DNA of 28,761 nt from an uncultured Nannocystaceae bacterium (GTDB taxonomy: Bacteria; Myxococcota_A; Polyangia; Nannocystales; Nannocystaceae): the NCBI GenBank assembly GCA_964451725.1, contig CAYVJQ010000094.1, forward strand, positions 1-28,761, in the 5' to 3' direction. Shown here one piece after another: positions 24,735 through 28,761 of this stretch; position 1 is the first letter of the stretch; every line of letters begins with the position of its first letter. Position numbers and translations under genes: made by a program. The notes below the pieces were generated by a model. It was not told where the DNA came from and ran no database searches. It worked only from the letters and a program-made list of their open reading frames with translations.

Positions 24735-26912
24735 TCACTCGCGAGGCGGGAGCCCGGTGTGCTGGGTCAGCGCCGTGCCCTCGCGGGGGCGCGACTTCTT
24801 GCCCGTTGCCGTTTTCCGCTTGCGGCCTTGCTGGTCCTTGCGACCTTGCTGGCCGTTGTGACCCTGCTGACCGTTGTGACCTTGCTGGCTGTTGCGGCCC
24901 TTGGCGCGGCGCCCCTCCCCGCCCCGTCCCAGGCCCGTGCCGGCGGGCTGATAGGTCGGGATCAGGTGGCGCTTGCCGTTTCCGATCAGATCCTCGCGCC
25001 CCATTCGCTGCAGGGCCGCCCGCAACATGGGCCAGTTTTCGGGGTCGTGGTAGCGCAGGAAAGCCTTGTGCAAGCGCCGGATCTCGAGGCCCTTGGGCAC
25101 CGGCACCTCCTCGCTGGTCTCAGCCCGGGTGACCTTCTTCAGCGGGTTCTTGCCCGTGTGATACATGGCGGTCGCGGTCGCCATGGGCGAGGGCAGGAAG
25201 GCCTGGACCTGGTCGGGGCGGAAGCGGTTTTGCTTGAGCCACAGGGCAAGCTCGAGCATGTCCTCCATGGTGGTCCCCGGGTGGGCGGCGATGAAGTAGG
25301 GGATCAGATACTGCTTCTTCCCAGCCTGCTCCGTGTAGCGCTCGAACAGGGTCTTGAAGCGCTCGTAGGTGCCCACACCGGGCTTCATCATCTTCGAGAG
25401 CGGACCCGTGGCGACGTGCTCGGGAGCGATCTTGAGGTAGCCCCCGACGTGGTGCTGGACCAGCTCGCGCACGTACTCGGGCGACTCGACGGCCAGGTCG
25501 TAGCGAAGCCCCGAGGCGACAAAAACCTTCTTGATCCCCGGCAGCGCCCGGGCCTTGCGGTAGAGCTGGATGAGATCGCTGTGGTCGGTGTTCAGGTTGT
25601 CGCAGATGCCTGGGTAGACACACGAAGGGCGCCGGCAGGCGGCCTCGATGTTCGGGTCTTTGCAGCCCAGGCGCCACATGTTCGCCGTCGGCCCACCGAC
25701 GTCGGAGATGATCCCCGTGAACCCCGGCACCGTGTCGCGGATGAGCTCGATCTCCCGGAGCACCGAGGCCTCGGAGCGGCTTTGGATGATCCGGCCTTCG
25801 TGCTCGGTGATCGAGCAAAATGTGCAGCCCCCAAAACAGCCACGCATGATCATGACCGAGGTCTTGATCATCTCGTAGGCGGGGATCTTGGCCTCGACGT
25901 CGTATTCGGGGTGGGGCCGGCGCTGGTAGGGCAACGCGTAGACCGCGTCCATCTCCTCGGTGCTCAGGGGCACGGGCGGCGGGTTGATCCAGACGTCCCG
26001 GCCGCTGTGGCGCTGGATCAGCACCCGGCCATTGTGGGGGTTGGCCTCTTGGTGCAGGACCCGAGAGGCGTGGGCGTAGAGGGTCTTGTCGTCGCGGACG
26101 ACCTCGAAGGCGGGCAGCCGCAGAGCCGTGCGCTCGCGCGGGTGGTTCAGGGCCCTGCGCTTGATGCTGACCAGACCCGCCGGTTGGTCGACCTCGCTCG
26201 AGTCGATCTCCACCCAGCCCGAGGGCAGACCGCGGCGCAGCACGGCCGTGCCCCGGATGTCGTCGATCTCGGCGAGCGGCTCGCGCTCGGCCAGGCGGTG
26301 GGCGAGCTCGAGGATCGAGCGCTCCGCGTTGCCGTAGATCAACATGTCGGCCTTGCTGTCGAGCAGCACGCTCCGGCGCACCCGCTCGGACCAGTAGTCG
26401 TAGTGGGCGATGCGCCGCAAGCTGGCCTCGATGCCGCCGACGATCACCGGGATCTGTGGACCACCGACCTCGCGGCAGCGCTGGCTGTAGACGATCACCG
26501 CCCGGTCGGGCCGGGCCCCCGCCTCGCCGCCGGCCGTATAGGCGTCGTCGGAGCGGCGCTTGCGATCGGAGGTGTAGTGGTTGACGAGCGAGTCCATATT
26601 GCCGCCCGTCACCCCCCAAAACAGGTTCGGCACCCCCAGGGCCTCGAAGGCCTCGGGGTCCTGCCACTGGGGCTGAGCCAGGACCCCGACCCGAAAGCCC
26701 TGGTGCTCGAGCACCCGGCCGATGACCGCAGCGCCGAAGCTGACGTGGTCGACGTAGGCGTCGCCGGTGACCAAAATGACGTCGCAGCTGTCCCAGCCCA
26801 GAGCGTCCATCTCCGCCCGCGAGGTCGGCAAAAACGGCGCCACGCCGAAGCGCTTGGCCCAGTACTTGCGGCGCCCGAACAACGGCGGCGCGACGGCACG
26901 GTTCGCGGTCAT
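24735..26912 (-). CDS. ygiQ: YgiQ-family (UPF0313) radical SAM protein with a Q/G/H/N repeat C-terminal tail
   Basis: The N-terminus [43 protein letters not shown] is typical of YgiQ. Radical-SAM cluster motif: [18 protein letters not shown]. Start at MTANRAV (26912). The ORF-track extension to 28382 is a shadow. Confidence 0.9.
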   Translation of the reverse strand: MTANRAVAPPLFGRRKYWAKRFGVAPFLPTSRAEMDALGWDSCDVILVTGDAYVDHVSFGAAVIGRVLEHQGFRVGVLAQPQWQDPEAFEALGVPNLFWGVTGGNMDSLVNHYTSDRKRRSDDAYTAGGEAGARPDRAVIVYSQRCREVGGPQIPVIVGGIEASLRRIAHYDYWSERVRRSVLLDSKADMLIYGNAERSILELAHRLAEREPLAEIDDIRGTAVLRRGLPSGWVEIDSSEVDQPAGLVSIKRRALNHPRERTALRLPAFEVVRDDKTLYAHASRVLHQEANPHNGRVLIQRHSGRDVWINPPPVPLSTEEMDAVYALPYQRRPHPEYDVEAKIPAYEMIKTSVMIMRGCFGGCTFCSITEHEGRIIQSRSEASVLREIELIRDTVPGFTGIISDVGGPTANMWRLGCKDPNIEAACRRPSCVYPGICDNLNTDHSDLIQLYRKARALPGIKKVFVASGLRYDLAVESPEYVRELVQHHVGGYLKIAPEHVATGPLSKMMKPGVGTYERFKTLFERYTEQAGKKQYLIPYFIAAHPGTTMEDMLELALWLKQNRFRPDQVQAFLPSPMATATAMYHTGKNPLKKVTRAETSEEVPVPKGLEIRRLHKAFLRYHDPENWPMLRAALQRMGREDLIGNGKRHLIPTYQPAGTGLGRGGEGRRAKGRNSQQGHNGQQGHNGQQGRKDQQGRKRKTATGKKSRPREGTALTQHTGLPPRE

Positions 26913-27110
26913 CGGCGGAGGGTAACGGACCGCGACCACGCGGTCTTCGGGCTCCCTGCGCGCGCTCCGCCAATGACCCCCTCCGCCCCCAATCGCCCTT
27001 CCTACGACGATCCTCGAAGATCTGTCCCGACCGCGGCACAGCGCTGCAGCGCGTCGGCGGCGGTCCCGACCGCTCCCCGAACCCACCCGGTCCTGGATGC
27101 ACCCGCACAC

Positions 27111-28457
27111 ATGGCTCACAATGAGTCCTCCGTGTCCGCTCCCTGCCCACGCGCCGACCGTCGCTGGCTCCCCTGCGCGCTCTTGTGCACGCTCGCCTGC
27201 ACCCCGGATCCCCAGGCCTTCGCGCCCTCGGACGCCCCGGTCGAAGTGCCCGAGCCGAGCGCGTTCGCGGACCCAGAGCCCTCCCAAATCCCCTCTCAAA
27301 TCCCCTCCCAAATCCCCTCCCCGGTGGGCGGCCACGCGACCGGGGATCTCGAGACCGGCTCCGCGAAGATCCGGATGGGCGAGTCCCCGACCGAGCCCGA
27401 ACCCAAGGCTCCCTCGGTGATCGTCGGTGGCTCGAGCTTGGACCCGGACACCCCCGCGGGCCTGGTCGCCTTCTTCGACACCCTCGACCCGGCCGCCAGC
27501 GTCTGGGTCGGACCTCTCGAGGGCAACGGCGGCCGCCCCGTACTCGTCCTGATCCCCGCCGGGGTCGACCCCAACGCCGACTTCGAGCTCGTCTACCACT
27601 TCCACGGCACCTACAGCGAGCGGGTCGAGGCCCGGACCGAGACCAGCAAAAAGAAGCGCGAGTGGATCGGGTGGGAGCGCCTCGGCCAGACCATCGCCGC
27701 GATCACCGACCTCCAGGCGGCCCGACCCACCAACCTCGCGCTGGTCTACCCGATCAGCGCGGGCAAGCGCCTCGAGCCCGACCACAAGGGCTGGAGCAAC
27801 GTCGCCTACGACCGCATGTGGATGGACCCGGCCAGGCCCCCCGACTTTCGAGACGACTTCGATCGCCTGTTTGGAGAGGTCGAAGGCCTGCTCGTCGATA
27901 CGCTCGGCGTACACCCGAGCAGGCTCCCCGATCAGGCACTGGTCGAGGGTCACAGCGCCGGCGGCATCGCCCTGCGCAACATCGCCCTGCGCGGCTCGAG
28001 CCACGTCCGCGAATACCTGTTCCTGGATGCGAGCTTCATGGGCTGGGCCGACGTCGCCCACACCGCCCTGCTCACCCAGGGCTCGCCCAGCCTGCTGACC
28101 ATGGTGATCACCACCAAAGGTATGGCCGACCCCTTTGTGGGCCGAGAGCCCTGGTGTGTGACCCTCGAGGCCGACGCCGGGCAGTGGAGGACACAGCGGC
28201 GAGCCTGCGACAAATCCGGCGATGCCCACACTCCCGCCGGCGCGAGCATGGACTGCGGACAGCTCGAGGCCCAGGCCGAAGCTTGGGGTGAGCTCCGCGG
28301 CTGGTGCAGCGACATGGCCGACGAGATGCGGGGGGTCCCCAACGTCGCCCTGATCCGGACCCCCGTCTACCACGGCGACCACCCCCGCCGGTTCTCGGGT
28401 GGGCTCGACCTGCCCGACGATCGCAGCGCCCCCGCGGCCGCCCTCCTCGAACCCTGA
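27111..28457 (+). CDS. Putative lipoprotein with an alpha/beta-hydrolase-like serine motif
   Basis: MAHNESS...[12 protein letters not shown] has a lipobox-like end and is followed by an [13 protein letters not shown] repeat. [12 protein letters not shown] is a GxSxG nucleophile-elbow candidate. This is only the 3' third of the 1232-aa track ORF. It is divergent from ygiQ. Confidence 0.6.
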   Translation: MAHNESSVSAPCPRADRRWLPCALLCTLACTPDPQAFAPSDAPVEVPEPSAFADPEPSQIPSQIPSQIPSPVGGHATGDLETGSAKIRMGESPTEPEPKAPSVIVGGSSLDPDTPAGLVAFFDTLDPAASVWVGPLEGNGGRPVLVLIPAGVDPNADFELVYHFHGTYSERVEARTETSKKKREWIGWERLGQTIAAITDLQAARPTNLALVYPISAGKRLEPDHKGWSNVAYDRMWMDPARPPDFRDDFDRLFGEVEGLLVDTLGVHPSRLPDQALVEGHSAGGIALRNIALRGSSHVREYLFLDASFMGWADVAHTALLTQGSPSLLTMVITTKGMADPFVGREPWCVTLEADAGQWRTQRRACDKSGDAHTPAGASMDCGQLEAQAEAWGELRGWCSDMADEMRGVPNVALIRTPVYHGDHPRRFSGGLDLPDDRSAPAAALLEP

Positions 28458-28478
28458 GCGGGCCCGGGCTCGGGCCGC

Positions 28479-28761
28479 TCACTCAGCTGAGACAGCGATC
28501 GCTTCCGCGACCCTCCGGAGGTCACAGCCGTAGAGGTCGGCCCCGCTGAAGGGGTTGAGCTCGACCAGACGCAGCGCGCCCTCGACCTCGCCGACGTCCA
28601 ATACATAAGCCCGGTCGAGCGGTGGAACGGAATCGAGTCGACCCTCGGTGAGCGCGGCGATCACTTTCGCGGCGAACTCGAGCACAGCCGGGTCGAGCGC
28701 CACCAACCGGCCACTGAAGGGCTTGAGCGGGCTGTCTGGGCGGACAAAGATCTCCCCCCCG
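28479..28761 (-). CDS. ATP-grasp-like domain protein, C-terminal part only (gene continues beyond the window end)
   Basis: The frame is open to the window edge: ...GGEIFVRPDSPLKPFSGRLVALDP...YVLDVGEVEGALRLVELNPFSGADLYGCD. This resembles the C-terminal strand region of R2K-type ATP-grasp proteins. Confidence 0.45.
   Translation of the reverse strand, partial: GGEIFVRPDSPLKPFSGRLVALDPAVLEFAAKVIAALTEGRLDSVPPLDRAYVLDVGEVEGALRLVELNPFSGADLYGCDLRRVAEAIAVSAE

Noticed and set aside
24759-27110. The 5' two-thirds of the 1232-aa plus-strand ORF 24759-28457
   Set aside because: This part is antisense to the well-supported ygiQ gene and has a featureless Arg/Gly/Ala-rich translation. Only the part from the ATG at 27111 (lipobox, GHSAG motif) looks genuine.

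Overview
High-GC bacterial chromosomal window. The 60-nt lines I counted in the flanks are about 70% G+C. It looks myxobacterial, by inference only: an Oar-like TonB-dependent receptor, a lipoprotein with Myxococcus-type cysteine-rich repeats, and many low-complexity lipoproteins. I support about 27 CDS, mostly envelope and housekeeping genes: TonB-dependent receptor plus partner lipoprotein, AlkP-family phosphodiesterase lipoprotein, membrane fatty-acid desaturase, YjgA/DarP, rhodanese-ThiF/MoeB fusion, GAPDH, ferritin-like protein, TauE/SafE permease, ECF sigma factor, GDPD, YgiQ radical-SAM protein. Most long antisense ORFs in the track are GC-driven shadow ORFs. Two accessory spots stand out. 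(1) A low-GC segment (about 4.8-7.9 kb, about 47% G+C in sampled lines) carries a translationally coupled pair: a LysM / beta-sandwich / PG_binding_1 protein and a 753-aa orphan protein with a charged repeat tail. A decayed partial copy of the downstream lipoprotein gene lies on its left side, giving imperfect direct repeats 3576 bp apart, and no integrase is present. This is my best candidate for an undescribed module. (2) A compact minus-strand three-gene operon (PTH2-like, unknown 95 aa, S24 peptidase-like) has a 5' region that overlaps a 72-nt tRNA-like element. The window also holds many short tandem duplications and hexanucleotide microsatellites. No CRISPR array, rRNA, transposase or integrase was seen.
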